A stretch of 64,000 bases of DNA from NCBI GenBank assembly GCA_963811315.1, contig CAWERH010000054.1:21197-85196 (forward strand), in the 5' to 3' direction. Shown in pieces: positions 44,621-55,383 of the stretch (positions are counted from its first letter, which is position 1; each line of letters begins with the position of its first letter). The position numbers and the translations under genes are program-made. This DNA comes from an uncultured delta proteobacterium. GTDB taxonomy: Bacteria > Desulfobacterota > Binatia > UBA9968. The notes beneath the pieces are model-generated. The model had not been told where the DNA came from and did no database searches. It saw only the letters and a list, made by a program, of their open reading frames with translations.

Positions 44621-45634
44621 TCACGGTAATTTGTATCCCAACTCTTTCGCCACTTCCGTCGCCAAGCGATCGTCGGCGATGTCGTTGAAGGCGACTTTGC
44701 GGTCGGTGAAACGTCCTTGCGCCTGGAGCGAGCGGACCAAATTGTCGATGCCTGCCCGGTTGGGAATGCCGGTCGGATTCAATGTGGTCTGGAACGCATC
44801 GTAGGTGTCCGATGCGGCTTCTTTGTCCATTTTCAGAAGGCGACCGATCAGTTCGACGGTCTTGGGTTTGGATTTGCGCACTTCATCTTTCGCGAGCTGC
44901 AGCGCGTGGATCACACGCTTTACTTCGGCGGGCCTGGATTGGATGGTTTTACTCAGCGTCGTCAGACCGCCGCCGGGCATCTCGACCATCGCGCCCACGT
45001 CCATGATTTTGTAATAGCCCTTTTTTACCGCGCCAAATGTCACTGGCGGCGACAAGAGCGCGGCGTCGACAAAGCCGGATTCGAACGAGTAATAAACCTG
45101 CAGCTGCTGTCCCGGTATGCCGATTATCGTGTAATCTTTCGGGTTCGCTCCCGACTTCTCCAACGCGATCATCAACGCCACGTGGTTGGTGCCGCCCACG
45201 CCTCCCGAGAGGGCGATTTTCTTGCCTTTCAGTGACTCAAGAGTTTTGTACTGCGGCGGGGCCAGCAGCCAATAAGAGATCCGGTCCGAGGAAAACCAGA
45301 TCGCCCGCGATGGCAGGCCGCTGAGCGTCGCAGCCACGGACGCCGGCCCGACGCCGGCAACATAGTCGATATCACCCTGGGCCAAGGCGGCTGCCGCAAT
45401 CGATGGGCTCATGACGATCAATTCGACGTCCAATCCGTTGGCGCTGAATACATTCCAGTCCTTAGCCGCGAGAAGCGGCAGTGCGGTGATGGTAAAGCCG
45501 GCGTTGGAGATGCGAACTTTGGCGCGTTTGTCTTGACTTGCGGCGTGGCGCGAGCGCAACGATAGCGCCAGTGCGGTCAGCGCTTGGCCGACTATCACCA
45601 AAATCAAATGTCGGTGAAACGTCCGCTTCATCAA
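44621..45634 (-). CDS. NMT1/THI5-like ABC transporter substrate-binding protein (orphan)
   Basis: Signal peptide; 337 aa; tandem paralog. Confidence 0.7.
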   Translation of the reverse strand: MMKRTFHRHLILVIVGQALTALALSLRSRHAASQDKRAKVRISNAGFTITALPLLAAKDWNVFSANGLDVELIVMSPSIAAAALAQGDIDYVAGVGPASVAATLSGLPSRAIWFSSDRISYWLLAPPQYKTLESLKGKKIALSGGVGGTNHVALMIALEKSGANPKDYTIIGIPGQQLQVYYSFESGFVDAALLSPPVTFGAVKKGYYKIMDVGAMVEMPGGGLTTLSKTIQSRPAEVKRVIHALQLAKDEVRKSKPKTVELIGRLLKMDKEAASDTYDAFQTTLNPTGIPNRAGIDNLVRSLQAQGRFTDRKVAFNDIADDRLATEVAKELGYKLP

Positions 45635-45803
45635 TGCTCCTTAGGCGGTCACGGTAAGTTCGCAGAGAGATCCTTCACTTTGTTCAGGATGACAGTCAAA
45701 GGTCTGTCATTCTGAGCCGTCAAGGCGAAGAATCTTGACCGAATCAGGCTGTCTCGTCGCATTTTCCGGACGTCCGACAGCGAACGCCGCTGAGTCAAAT
45801 TGC

Positions 45804-46793
45804 TTACGGAATCTTGTATCCCAGTTCCTTGGCCACTTCGGTTGCGAGCCGATCGTCGGCAATTTCTTCGAACGCAACTTTGCGCCCGACATGACGGCCC
45901 TGCGCCTGGACGGATTTCACCAGTATGTCCATGCCGACGCGAGTCGGAATGCCGGTCGGGCTGAGGGTGGTGAGAAATTGATCGTAGGTTTCGTTCGCGG
46001 CTTCTTTATCCATCTTGAGCAGCTTGACGATCAGATCGAGGGTTTTCGGCTTGGATTTTCTGATTTCGTCCTTGGCTTGTTGCAGCGAACGGATGACGCG
46101 TTTGGTTTCGGCGGGCCGCTCTTGGATGGTCTTAGCCAGTGCGGTAAGGCCGCCGCCGGGCATGTCGACCATGCCGCCGACATCCAAGACTTTGTAGAAG
46201 CCTTTTTTCTGCGCGCCGAGAGTCACCGGCGGCGACAGCAGCGCGGCGTCGACGTAGCCCGATTCCAAGGAAATGAGCTGTTGGATTTGTTGTCCGGCGA
46301 TCGAGACCAAGACAAAATCTTTGGGATTCACGCCGAGTTTTTCCAGCGCCAAGAGAAAAGCGACATGAACCGTGCCGCCCAGACCCGTGATGGCAATTTT
46401 CTTCGACTTCAAATTCTCGAGAGTCTTGAACTGGGGTTTCGCCATCAGCCAGTAGGAAATGCGGTCGGAGGAAAACCAGATGGCGCGCGTCGCGAAACCG
46501 GTCATGGTGGCATTGACGGATGCCGGGCCGACGCCAGCCTGAAAATCGATGTCGCCTTGAGTGAGGGCCGCCGGCACCAAGGAAGACTGCATGAGGATGA
46601 CTTCCATATCCAAACCGTTGGCGCTGAATAGGCCCCAGTCCTTGGCCGCGAGAAGCGGCAGCGCCGTGATGGTAAAACCGGCGTTGGAGATTCTCAATTT
46701 GACACGGCGCTCTTGGGCAAAGCCGTTCGAGACCAGTAACAAGAGGACAGACAGAATGATTGTCAACTCGATAAATTTCTTTCGATTCGCCAT
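45804..46793 (-). CDS. NMT1/THI5-like ABC transporter substrate-binding protein (orphan)
   Basis: Signal peptide MANRKKFIELTIILSVLLLLVSNGFAQ; 329 aa; tandem paralog of 44621..45634. Confidence 0.7.
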   Translation of the reverse strand: MANRKKFIELTIILSVLLLLVSNGFAQERRVKLRISNAGFTITALPLLAAKDWGLFSANGLDMEVILMQSSLVPAALTQGDIDFQAGVGPASVNATMTGFATRAIWFSSDRISYWLMAKPQFKTLENLKSKKIAITGLGGTVHVAFLLALEKLGVNPKDFVLVSIAGQQIQQLISLESGYVDAALLSPPVTLGAQKKGFYKVLDVGGMVDMPGGGLTALAKTIQERPAETKRVIRSLQQAKDEIRKSKPKTLDLIVKLLKMDKEAANETYDQFLTTLSPTGIPTRVGMDILVKSVQAQGRHVGRKVAFEEIADDRLATEVAKELGYKIP

Positions 46794-46830
46794 TATTTTT
46801 CCTCGTTCTTATAAGACTGCCAACGATCGC

Positions 46831-48604
46831 TCACAGCGCGCGCGGGCCGATGCCCGAACGGTGGGCGACAAACCAGTAGAGTGCGATGATCGGCACTAAA
46901 ATGCAAAGCATGACCGTCGTCAATGCCGCCGCCTGGCCGAAGCCGCCGTTGAGCCAGATGCTCCAAACAACCACGGGCAACGTGGTGTTTTCAGCGCGGG
47001 AGAGCAAGACCGCCAGTGTGAGCTCGCGATAGGTGAGCAGCGCGATCCACAGCCAGCCATAGAGAATCGGCGGAGTCAAGATTGGCACGAGAATGCGCCG
47101 CACGACATTCCAGGTGCTGCCGCCGCTAACGTAGGCGGCCTCCTCGAGCTCGTGATGGATCTGAATCAGCGAACTGTTCATCATGCGCGTGCCGTAGCTC
47201 AGGCGCACGATGATGTAGAGCAGGAGTAAGAGCCAGATCGTCCCGTACAGCGGAATGAACCCGCGCAGAACGAAGAGCGCGAGCAGGACCGCGCCGATGG
47301 CGAAGATGATGTTGGGCACGGCGTGGGGTAAGAAGGCAAAGAAGTCGAACAGAAATCGTCCGCGAATGCGCGAGCGCAGCACGACCCAGGCGAAGATCAG
47401 GCTGACGATGACCGTGATCGTCGGCGTCAGCAGCATCAGGATCGAGGTGTTGCCGGCGCCGCGCAGGACCAGCTCCCAAGGCAGGCCCAGGTAGTTTTGC
47501 AGCGAGGTGCGTGCCAAGGCTTCCACGGAAGGCATCTCGAAATATCTTAGCAACGACGCCCACAGGAGCATCGCCAGCGGTATCACCTTGCTGAGAAATA
47601 AATAAATACCGACGAACAGCCAGGCTAGAAGCGCCCGGTTGCCAAGCTTAACGATCTTCGGCTGATAGGCTTTGCCGGTGATCACTTCATATTGGTGACT
47701 GCGCTTTTGTACCTGTGCGTACCACCAGCCGAGAACCGCGGCGAGAACGATGCCGATGATGCTGAAGGTCGCACTCAAGCCGTAGCGCGGCAGACCTTCC
47801 TGCGGGCTGACCATCAGGTACATGTAAGTGCTGAAAGTAAAAATGCGGTTGGACCAGCCGATGATCGCCGGCACGTCGAAGGCCGAAAGTCCGACGGTAA
47901 AAATATAGATTCCCGCCGCGAGGATGCCCGGCCAGATGAGCGGAACCGTTACGCTCCAGATGATTCTCGCAGTACTCGCGCCGCTGGCTTCCGCGGCTTC
48001 TTCGAGCTTGGGATCCATGGCGCGAAAGGCGCTAGCCGTCATGATGAACGCCACCGGCGTTAGATTAAGCCCCTGCACCCAACCCATGCCGGTGATCGTC
48101 GTGATGCTGAGCGGCGCGTCGGCAAAGCCAAACATATCCTGCAAAAATTGGTTGACGACACCGATGCGCGGGTGAAGCAAGAACAGCCATCCCATCGCCA
48201 CGGCGAAGCCGGGTATGAGCAAGCCGACGGTCATTAGCGTCAGCAAGATAGTTTTTCCCGGAAAGTCGGTGCGCTCGACCAACCATGCGGCCGGCAGGCC
48301 GAACAAGAACGATACCGCAAGCGCAATGAGCGAGAAGCCGGCGGTGTTCCAGAGGACTTTATAAGTAAATGGTTCGGTGAAAACTCTTGACGTAGTTGTT
48401 GAAGGAATAGTGAGTAACTGGATCGAGCAAGGAGCCTTCGAAAAAACTCAGCCAGAAAACCACCACCAGAGGAGCGAGAATCAATAGACTAAAAAACGAC
48501 GCTACCCCGACCATCAACCAGGCCCAGGGATCGGCTTGACCCAGCCGCCGCGAGATGATTCCCGGAAAAAAACTATACACGCGGGTCGAATCAGACAAAC
48601 TCAT
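46831..48604 (-). pseudogene. ABC transporter permease with duplicated transmembrane domain (Fe3+/thiamine-type), N-terminal frameshift near 48330
   Basis: 46831..48306 (491 aa) carries two binding-protein-dependent permease repeats. 48359..48604 encodes the missing N-terminal TM segment in another frame. Confidence 0.65.
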
Positions 48605-48922
48605 GGCCGATATCAGCTTCGGAGAATTCGATGAGTTCTTTCGGTGTCATTTCGAGACGGAGCAGAGCACGGGATCTTTTTCCGTCTCACTACGGCTGCG
48701 AGACTGCATCGCAATCGCAAGCCTCGCATGAATCGCGCATTTCCTGATTGCTTACGAAGACGAGATCCTTCGGCTATCGCCTCAGGATGACATTGCGACA
48801 CAGGCTCTGTGGCAAGACGAGACCGCTCGTAGGGGCTCGAGATGATAACTCTTGGCACATAGAAAGATCACTTCCTTTAGTGGAAATCCTTGCTTCATTC
48901 GGGATGACCGCACTTTGCGCGG

Positions 48923-50014
48923 TCATTTCTGGGTCACGATTTTGACCATTTCTTCGGAAATTTTTTCGATGTCGGAATTGTTGGCTACCCATTCCAGTGT
49001 CGGCACAAAAAATTTCACGCCCTGCTTTTCAAGCCGTCTGACCTTTTGTCCCAATTGCGACTCGGGAAACATGTAGAGATCGGAAAAGTCGCTTTCCCAG
49101 AGCAGTTTTTGCGCTTCCTTGGTGAGCAAAAACGTCGTAAATAATTTCGCCGCATTCGGATGCTCCGCGTTCTTGGGAATGTTTAGATAAAAATGGCGGA
49201 TCATCGCGCCGTCGGACGGTATGACGTGCTCCAGCGGCGCGCCCTGAGCTTGCAACTCAAAGGTGCGCGCCCCGTTGCAATCCATCACCAGCGCAAGAAA
49301 CTCGCCTGTGACAACGCGGTCCATCTCGTTGCAACGAATCAGGCCGGATACTTGCTTGGAAAACTGCTTGACGTAATCCAGCGCCGCTTCCCGTCCCCAA
49401 AGTTCTTTTGCGGCGAGCAGGTTCAAGCCGGTGACGTAGGGGGTGGAGGCGAGCTTGCCTTTCCAAAAGGGCTTCAAGAAATCTTTGAGCGTCTTGGGCG
49501 TTTCGTTTTTCGGCACGCGGTTTTTGTTGTAGGGCGCGCCCGGCAATCCTGAAAACACTCTCAGACTCTGGCTGTCGCCTTCGACCATTGCAGCAGTGAT
49601 CCGCCCGGGCATGAGTTTCGGCCATTCGACTTCGAGAAAAATTTTCCGCTTAACTAGGGGCACGAGGTAGCTTTCCGCGCCGATGTAAACGTCACTCGCC
49701 GCCGGTTGGCCGGCAGCAAGTTCAGTGGCGATCTGACTCCCCATCGCCGGCATCGACGCTCCGGGAGTGAAGCCGATCTTGACGTTGCTGCCGAACATTT
49801 TGTTCATCAGTTGCTCGTACAGCGCCATGCGTTTGGTGCCGCCCAAAGTGCCTTCGCCCCAGCTTAGTTTGAGCTTGCCTTCCTTGTTGGCTTCCTGGAT
49901 CACGGTCGAAAGCGCGGGAGACCACTGGGTCTGGGCGGCGTTGACCGGTGATGAGATAGGTCCCGATAGGACGAATAAGACAAAATAAAGTGCGATTGAC
50001 GGTCTCATGTTCAT
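48923..50014 (-). CDS. ABC transporter substrate-binding protein (Fe3+-type, extracellular solute-binding family)
   Basis: Signal peptide MNMRPSIALYFVLFVLSGPISSPVNAAQ; about 360 aa; adjacent to the Fe3+-type permease. Confidence 0.7.
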   Translation of the reverse strand: MNMRPSIALYFVLFVLSGPISSPVNAAQTQWSPALSTVIQEANKEGKLKLSWGEGTLGGTKRMALYEQLMNKMFGSNVKIGFTPGASMPAMGSQIATELAAGQPAASDVYIGAESYLVPLVKRKIFLEVEWPKLMPGRITAAMVEGDSQSLRVFSGLPGAPYNKNRVPKNETPKTLKDFLKPFWKGKLASTPYVTGLNLLAAKELWGREAALDYVKQFSKQVSGLIRCNEMDRVVTGEFLALVMDCNGARTFELQAQGAPLEHVIPSDGAMIRHFYLNIPKNAEHPNAAKLFTTFLLTKEAQKLLWESDFSDLYMFPESQLGQKVRRLEKQGVKFFVPTLEWVANNSDIEKISEEMVKIVTQK

Positions 50015-50094
50015 CTCCTCACGCTCGGAATAACCGCGCTTCTCGGGAAGAAAGATCCCTCGCGTTGTTCGGGATGACATCGCTTTGCGATGTC

Positions 50095-51171
50095 ATTTCT
50101 GCGTCATGATTTTTACCATCTCTTCGGAAATCGCATCGATCTCCGGATTGGCGGCGACCCAATCGACCGTGGGCACGAAAAATTTTGCGCCTTGTTTTTC
50201 CGCTCGTCTCACCCTTTGGCCGATTTGTGACTCGGGGAAATAGATACATGTCCGAGAAATCGCTGTCCCAGAGCTGCTTCTGCGCCTCTTTGGTCAGCAT
50301 GAAAGTGGTGAAAAGCTTGGCGCTGTTCGGATGTTCGGCGTTCTTCGGAACCGTCAGCATGCGATGGCGCGAGCATCGCGCCATCGACAGGGATAACGTG
50401 TTCCACGGGAGAACCGTGAGCTTGGGCCTCAAAAGTCTGCGAGCCGGAACAATCCATGACAAAGGCGAGAAACTCGCCGGATGCCACCCGCTCGATCTCG
50501 TTACAGCGTATCAGGCCGACGACTTGCTTCGACAATTGCCGGACGTATTCAAGCGCCGCTTCTTTGCCCCACATCTCCTTGGCCGCGAGGATGTTCAAGC
50601 TCGTGACGTAAGGGGTAGAAGCTATTTTCCCTTTCCATTGGGGCTTAAGCATGTCCTTGAGCGATTTAGGAGCCTCGTTGTTGGGCGTTCGCCGCGTATT
50701 GTAGGGGATGCCGGGCAATCCTGTATAAACTCTCAAGCTCGTGCGCCCGCCTTCGACCATCGCGTTGGTGATCCGGCCCGGCAGCAATCCGGGCCAATCG
50801 ACCTCGTGAAACAGTTTGTGTTTTACCAGCGGCGCGAGATAGCTGTCGGCGCCGATGTAGACATCCGACGCCGCGGATTGGCCGGCGGCATATTCAGCCG
50901 CGATTTGGCTGCCCATCTGCGGCATCGCTGGTCCGGGAGTGAAGCTGATTTTGATATTCGTGCCAAACATCTTGTTGATCATCGTCTCGAACTTCGCGGC
51001 GCCTTTGGTGCCGCCCAAGGTTCCCTCGCCCCACATGAGTTTGAGCTTGCCTTCCTTGTTTGCGCCTTGAATCACGGTAGAAAGGGACGGCGACCATTGC
51101 GCCGCGCGGATTGGTTCGGCAACCGTCAAGAGCGTTGCAATCAGCAGATTGATCAACCGGCCGATATTCAT
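50095..51171 (-). pseudogene. Fe3+-type ABC substrate-binding protein, tandem paralog with C-terminal frameshifts
   Basis: 50209..51171 is collinear with the downstream intact copy (…QWSPSLSTVIQGANKEGKLKLMWGEGTLGG…). The C-terminal segments (…PKNAEHPNSAKLFTTFMLTKEAQKQLWDSDFSDMYLFP, then …EEMVKIMTQK*) lie in two other frames. Confidence 0.6.
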
Positions 51172-51309
51172 AGTGCCTCCGAGAAAACCATTGTGGTCTA
51201 TACCTAACCACTTTCGCCGGTGTCAAGGTGTAATTGACGCCGTCGTGCTTGACAACATTTTGGTTCCTTGAAAGGATCGCAAAATTACCGCAAGGAAAAA
51301 CGCGATCCA

Positions 51310-52998
51310 ATGAATCAAGTCACCGCGCCGAAAGCCTCCGAAAAGCCGCAGATCGATCCGATCACTCTGGAAGTAATCCGTCATGGGATCATTTCCATCT
51401 GCGATCAAATCGACGCGAATATGACGCGCACCGCGTTCAGCCCATATATTTACGAGTACAAAGACTACGCCGTCGGATTCGTCGGCGCGGCCGGCGAGTT
51501 GCTGGCGCAATCCACCGGCGGCATGCCGGTGTTCGTCGCCGATTCGGTGGGCATGGCGGTTCGCGACGGTTTGGAAATCTACGGCCGGGAAAATTTGCAC
51601 AAGGGCGACGTGATCGTCTGCAACCATGCGGCGGTGCAAGGGCAACATCTCAACAACACGGTCATGTACACGCCGGTGTTCGCCGGGCGCGATGGCGACG
51701 AGTTGATCGGTTTCTTTGCCGTCAACTGCCATTGGATCGATATCGGCGGATCGGCGATCGGTTCCGTGTCCTATTCCTCCACGGATATCTTCATGGAAGG
51801 TTTGCAGCTGCGCTCGATCAAAATCTTGTCCAAGGGCGAGCCCATCGAGGAAGTCTATCGCATCATCGAGAACAACACGCGCTTTCCGCTGGAATTGCTC
51901 GGTGACATCGAGGCGCAGCTGGGCGGCTGTCTTTTGGGCCGCGACCTCACCCAGGCGATGGGCAATAAGTATGGCACGAGGGCTTTTCTCGACGCTCTCG
52001 ATATGATTCTCGACCAGTGCGAAGCCGCGACGCGGGAAAAAATCCGCGCGATTCCGGACGGAGTTTACCGCTACGAAGCCTTTCTCGACAACGACGGCGT
52101 GCGCGACGAGAAGATTCCAATCAGAGTCAAAGTGATCGTTGCCGGCGACGAGATCACCGTCGATTTCTCCGAGATGTCGGATCAAGTCAAAGGCTGCATC
52201 AACTCCGGGTTCTACGGCGGCGGACGAACCTGCGTGCGGGTCGCGTTCAAGTATTTAATCGCCACCGATGAGCCGGCCAACGAGGGGACTTTCCGGCCGG
52301 TAAAAATGATCTTGCCCGAGGGCAAGTTGATCAGCGCCGAGGCGACCGCGGCGATGGGACTCTACAGCATTCCTTTCCCGACCGTCATCGACTGCATTAT
52401 CAAAGCTTTGGAGCCGGCGTTGCCCGAGCGCGTCACCGGCGCGCATTTCGGAACTTTTTCATCGTTGAGTTTTGCCGGTAAACGGATGGATACCGGCGCG
52501 GTCTTCAAAGCCAACGACAGCGGCCACGGCGGCTGGGGCGCCTGCGCGACTCATGACGGCGCGGGGCCGTTTCGCACCATGGCGCATGGTGACACGCGTT
52601 TGATTCCGATCGAGCTGCAAGAGTCGATGTATCCGTTTCGCGTCGAAGAGTTCCGATTGCGGCAAGATTCCGGTGGCGCCGGCAAATGGCGCGGCGGCTT
52701 GGGATTCGAAAAACAATATGTGCTGCTCGCGCCCGCCGAGCTGTGGGCGAACTTCGACCGCATCGGCTGCCCCCCTTGGGGAGTGCAAGGCGCGAAGGAA
52801 GCGAAATCAGGCCAGGTGCTGATCTACCAAGACGGCAACTCGGAGCCCGAGCTGCTCTACAAAACCGAAAACCGTCCTTTGCGCGCCGGCGATCGCGTGC
52901 GCATGGCCACCGGCGGCGGTGGCGGCTACGGCGATCCGCGCGAGCGCCCTGTCGAACTAGTCCAGCGCGACGTCGTTCGCGGCTTCGTCTCGCGTTGA
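51310..52998 (+). CDS. hyuB: hydantoinase B/oxoprolinase family protein (HyuB), copy 1
   Basis: PITLEVIRHGIISICDQIDANMTRTAFSPYIYEYKDYAVG…DSGHGGWGA…; about 560 aa. Confidence 0.85.
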   Translation: MNQVTAPKASEKPQIDPITLEVIRHGIISICDQIDANMTRTAFSPYIYEYKDYAVGFVGAAGELLAQSTGGMPVFVADSVGMAVRDGLEIYGRENLHKGDVIVCNHAAVQGQHLNNTVMYTPVFAGRDGDELIGFFAVNCHWIDIGGSAIGSVSYSSTDIFMEGLQLRSIKILSKGEPIEEVYRIIENNTRFPLELLGDIEAQLGGCLLGRDLTQAMGNKYGTRAFLDALDMILDQCEAATREKIRAIPDGVYRYEAFLDNDGVRDEKIPIRVKVIVAGDEITVDFSEMSDQVKGCINSGFYGGGRTCVRVAFKYLIATDEPANEGTFRPVKMILPEGKLISAEATAAMGLYSIPFPTVIDCIIKALEPALPERVTGAHFGTFSSLSFAGKRMDTGAVFKANDSGHGGWGACATHDGAGPFRTMAHGDTRLIPIELQESMYPFRVEEFRLRQDSGGAGKWRGGLGFEKQYVLLAPAELWANFDRIGCPPWGVQGAKEAKSGQVLIYQDGNSEPELLYKTENRPLRAGDRVRMATGGGGGYGDPRERPVELVQRDVVRGFVSR

Positions 52999-53058
52999 AT
53001 CCGCGCGCGACGACTACGGCGTCGTCATCGATGCCAGCGGCAAAGCGCACCGCGCATG

Positions 53059-53155
53059 ACGTTCAACAGTTCAAGGGTTCAAAAGTTCAACGTCAGAAAA
53101 TGCCGGAGTATGGAAGCAATCGTTTGAACGGTTGAACCGTTGAACTTTTGAACGG
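53059..53155. repeat. long imperfect inverted repeat built from 9-bp GTTCAA units (family C), in the hyuB-hyuA intergenic
   Basis: Arm ACGTTCAACAGTTCAAGGGTTCAAAAGTTCAACG, loop 28 nt, arm CGTTTGAACGGTTGAACCGTTGAACTTTTGAACGG; about 28/34 complementary. Confidence 0.7.
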
Positions 53156-53167
53156 GAGTCATCTTCG

Positions 53168-55222
53168 ATGAGTTACGCCATCGCCGTCGATATCGGCGGC
53201 ACCTTTACGGATCTGGTCGCGTTCGATCACGCGACGCAAAAAGTTCTTTATTCGAAGAGTCCGACCACCTACGACAATCTCGTCGAGGGGATTCTCGACT
53301 GTTTCAACAAAGCCAAGATCAAACCCGCCGAAGCGTCGCTGGTCAATCACGGCACGACGCTGGTGATTAATTCCCTGATCCAACGCAAAGGCGCGAAAAC
53401 TGCGCTGGTTACCAGCAAAGGTTTCCGTGACATTCTGGAAATCGCCCGCGGCAACCGCCCCGACCCCTTCGATCTCCACTATCAGCGCGACGAGCCCTTG
53501 ATTCCGCGCGAGCTGCGCCTCGAAGTCGCCGAGCGGATGGACAGCAAAGGCGAAGTGGTCACGCCGCTCGATACGGCGGCTTTGAAAAAGCTCGCCGATG
53601 AAATCAAAAAACTTGGCGTCGAGTCAGTGGCGATTTTTTTTATGAATTCTTATATCAACCCGGCCCATGAAGAATCCGCCGCCGAGAAGCTCAAAGAATT
53701 TCTGCCGGATACTTATGTTACTTTCAGCACGGATTTGACCCGCGAGTGGTATGAGTACGAGCGTTGCTCGACGGTAGCGGCCAACGCCTACGTCGGGCCG
53801 CAGGTGAGCACTTACATTCGGCGACTCGATAACGATCTCAAACGCCAGGGTTTCGGCGGTACGCTGTTCATGATGGGTTCCAACGGCGGCTTGCTATCCA
53901 CCGACCGCACTTGTCGCCAGCCCATCGGCCTGGTCGAGTCCGGCCCCATCGGCGGTTGCATCGGCGCCAGCGCCTACGCGGAGAAGTTGGGATTTAAGAA
54001 CGTCGTCGCTTTCGACATGGGCGGGACGACGGCCAAGTGCGCGCTGGTCGAGAACGGCCGCTTCTCGGTGAATTCGCTTTATTACGCCAACGGCTACGTC
54101 AAAGGTTTTCCGATCAAGTCGGCCGTGATCGACATCGTCGAAGTCGGTTCGGGCGGCGGTTCGATCGCATGGATCGATTCGCAAAACCGCTTGCACGTCG
54201 GCCCGCAAAGCGCGGGCTCGATGCCCGGCCCGGTATGCTATGGCCGCGGCGGCACGGAGCCGACGATTACCGATGCGAATCTAGTTCTTGGACGGCTCAA
54301 CCCGGGAAATTTTCTCGGCGGCGAAATGCAACTGGACCTGAACGCGGCGAAGCGCGCGGTCGCGGAGCGCATCGCCGCGCCGCTCGGTTATGGCGGTGAG
54401 AGCGGCATGATTCAAATGGCCGACGGGATTATTTCCATCGCCGCGGTGATAATGGCCGGCGCGATTCGAAAAATCTCCGTCGAGCACGGCCTCGATCCGC
54501 GCGACTTTGTACTTTTCACCTACGGCGGCGGCGGACCGCTGCACTCCAGCGCACTGGCCCATGAACTGTCGATTCCGACCGTCGTGATTCCACCGGAACC
54601 GGGTAATTTCTCGGCGATCGGTATGCTTCTGGCCGATGCGCGCATCGATACCTCGAAGACCTTCGTTGGAATTCTCAACGACAAGACCGTGCCGGCGATG
54701 GCCGAGATTTATCGGGCGATGGAAAGTGAAGCGTCGGCCTCGCTGGCGACGGAATTCGGCACCGGCGATGTGTTCTTCGAGCATCATGCCGAGATGCGCT
54801 ACCGCGGCCAGCGACACAACATCAAAGTGCCGGTTTCCGGTTTGAAAGATGTCGAAGAGATTCGCGCGGCCTTCGAGCGCGACTACAAGCGGCGCTACGG
54901 CCACGCCGACGCCAAGGCGCCGGCGGAATTTCAAGCGCTGCATCTGTCGGCGTTTGCTCGGTTAAAGCAACCGGACATTGCTCGTTTGCCGCGCGCGGCA
55001 GCAAAATCGGAGCCGGCGCAGAAACGCAAAGTCTATATCGGAAGCGCAGGCGGTTGGGTGGACGCTGAAATCTATCACCGGGATGCCTTGGAGCCGGGCT
55101 TCAGCGCCGCGGGTCCGGCGGTGATCGAAGAGTACGGTTCGACAACAGTTGTGTGGCCGGGGGATCGATTTGAAGTCGGCGAGCTGAGGGAGATTCGGAT
55201 TCAGTGTTCCAGCGCGAAGTGA
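53168..55222 (+). CDS. hyuA: hydantoinase A/oxoprolinase family protein (HyuA)
   Basis: MSYAIAVDIGGTFTDLVAFDHATQKVLYSKSPTT…; 684 aa. Confidence 0.85.
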   Translation: MSYAIAVDIGGTFTDLVAFDHATQKVLYSKSPTTYDNLVEGILDCFNKAKIKPAEASLVNHGTTLVINSLIQRKGAKTALVTSKGFRDILEIARGNRPDPFDLHYQRDEPLIPRELRLEVAERMDSKGEVVTPLDTAALKKLADEIKKLGVESVAIFFMNSYINPAHEESAAEKLKEFLPDTYVTFSTDLTREWYEYERCSTVAANAYVGPQVSTYIRRLDNDLKRQGFGGTLFMMGSNGGLLSTDRTCRQPIGLVESGPIGGCIGASAYAEKLGFKNVVAFDMGGTTAKCALVENGRFSVNSLYYANGYVKGFPIKSAVIDIVEVGSGGGSIAWIDSQNRLHVGPQSAGSMPGPVCYGRGGTEPTITDANLVLGRLNPGNFLGGEMQLDLNAAKRAVAERIAAPLGYGGESGMIQMADGIISIAAVIMAGAIRKISVEHGLDPRDFVLFTYGGGGPLHSSALAHELSIPTVVIPPEPGNFSAIGMLLADARIDTSKTFVGILNDKTVPAMAEIYRAMESEASASLATEFGTGDVFFEHHAEMRYRGQRHNIKVPVSGLKDVEEIRAAFERDYKRRYGHADAKAPAEFQALHLSAFARLKQPDIARLPRAAAKSEPAQKRKVYIGSAGGWVDAEIYHRDALEPGFSAAGPAVIEEYGSTTVVWPGDRFEVGELREIRIQCSSAK

Positions 55223-55383
55223 ATGCAGGGACGAATTCTGCATGATTTCCTATCCAAAGGGCAGACAGCAGAGGTCTGCTTCTACAGAATCTTGAAATTC
55301 AAATGACTTTCGTGAATTCACGCGTCGAAGACACTCCGCTCCAACCTTTGTTGAACCGCATCGCCTGTCAAAATTGATCCGCC

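Noticed and set aside
52505-53050. 181-aa and related minus-strand ORFs within hyuB1, plus 56496..57110 and 57456..58046 within hyuB2
   Set aside because: All are antisense to hydantoinase B genes, with Arg-rich translations.
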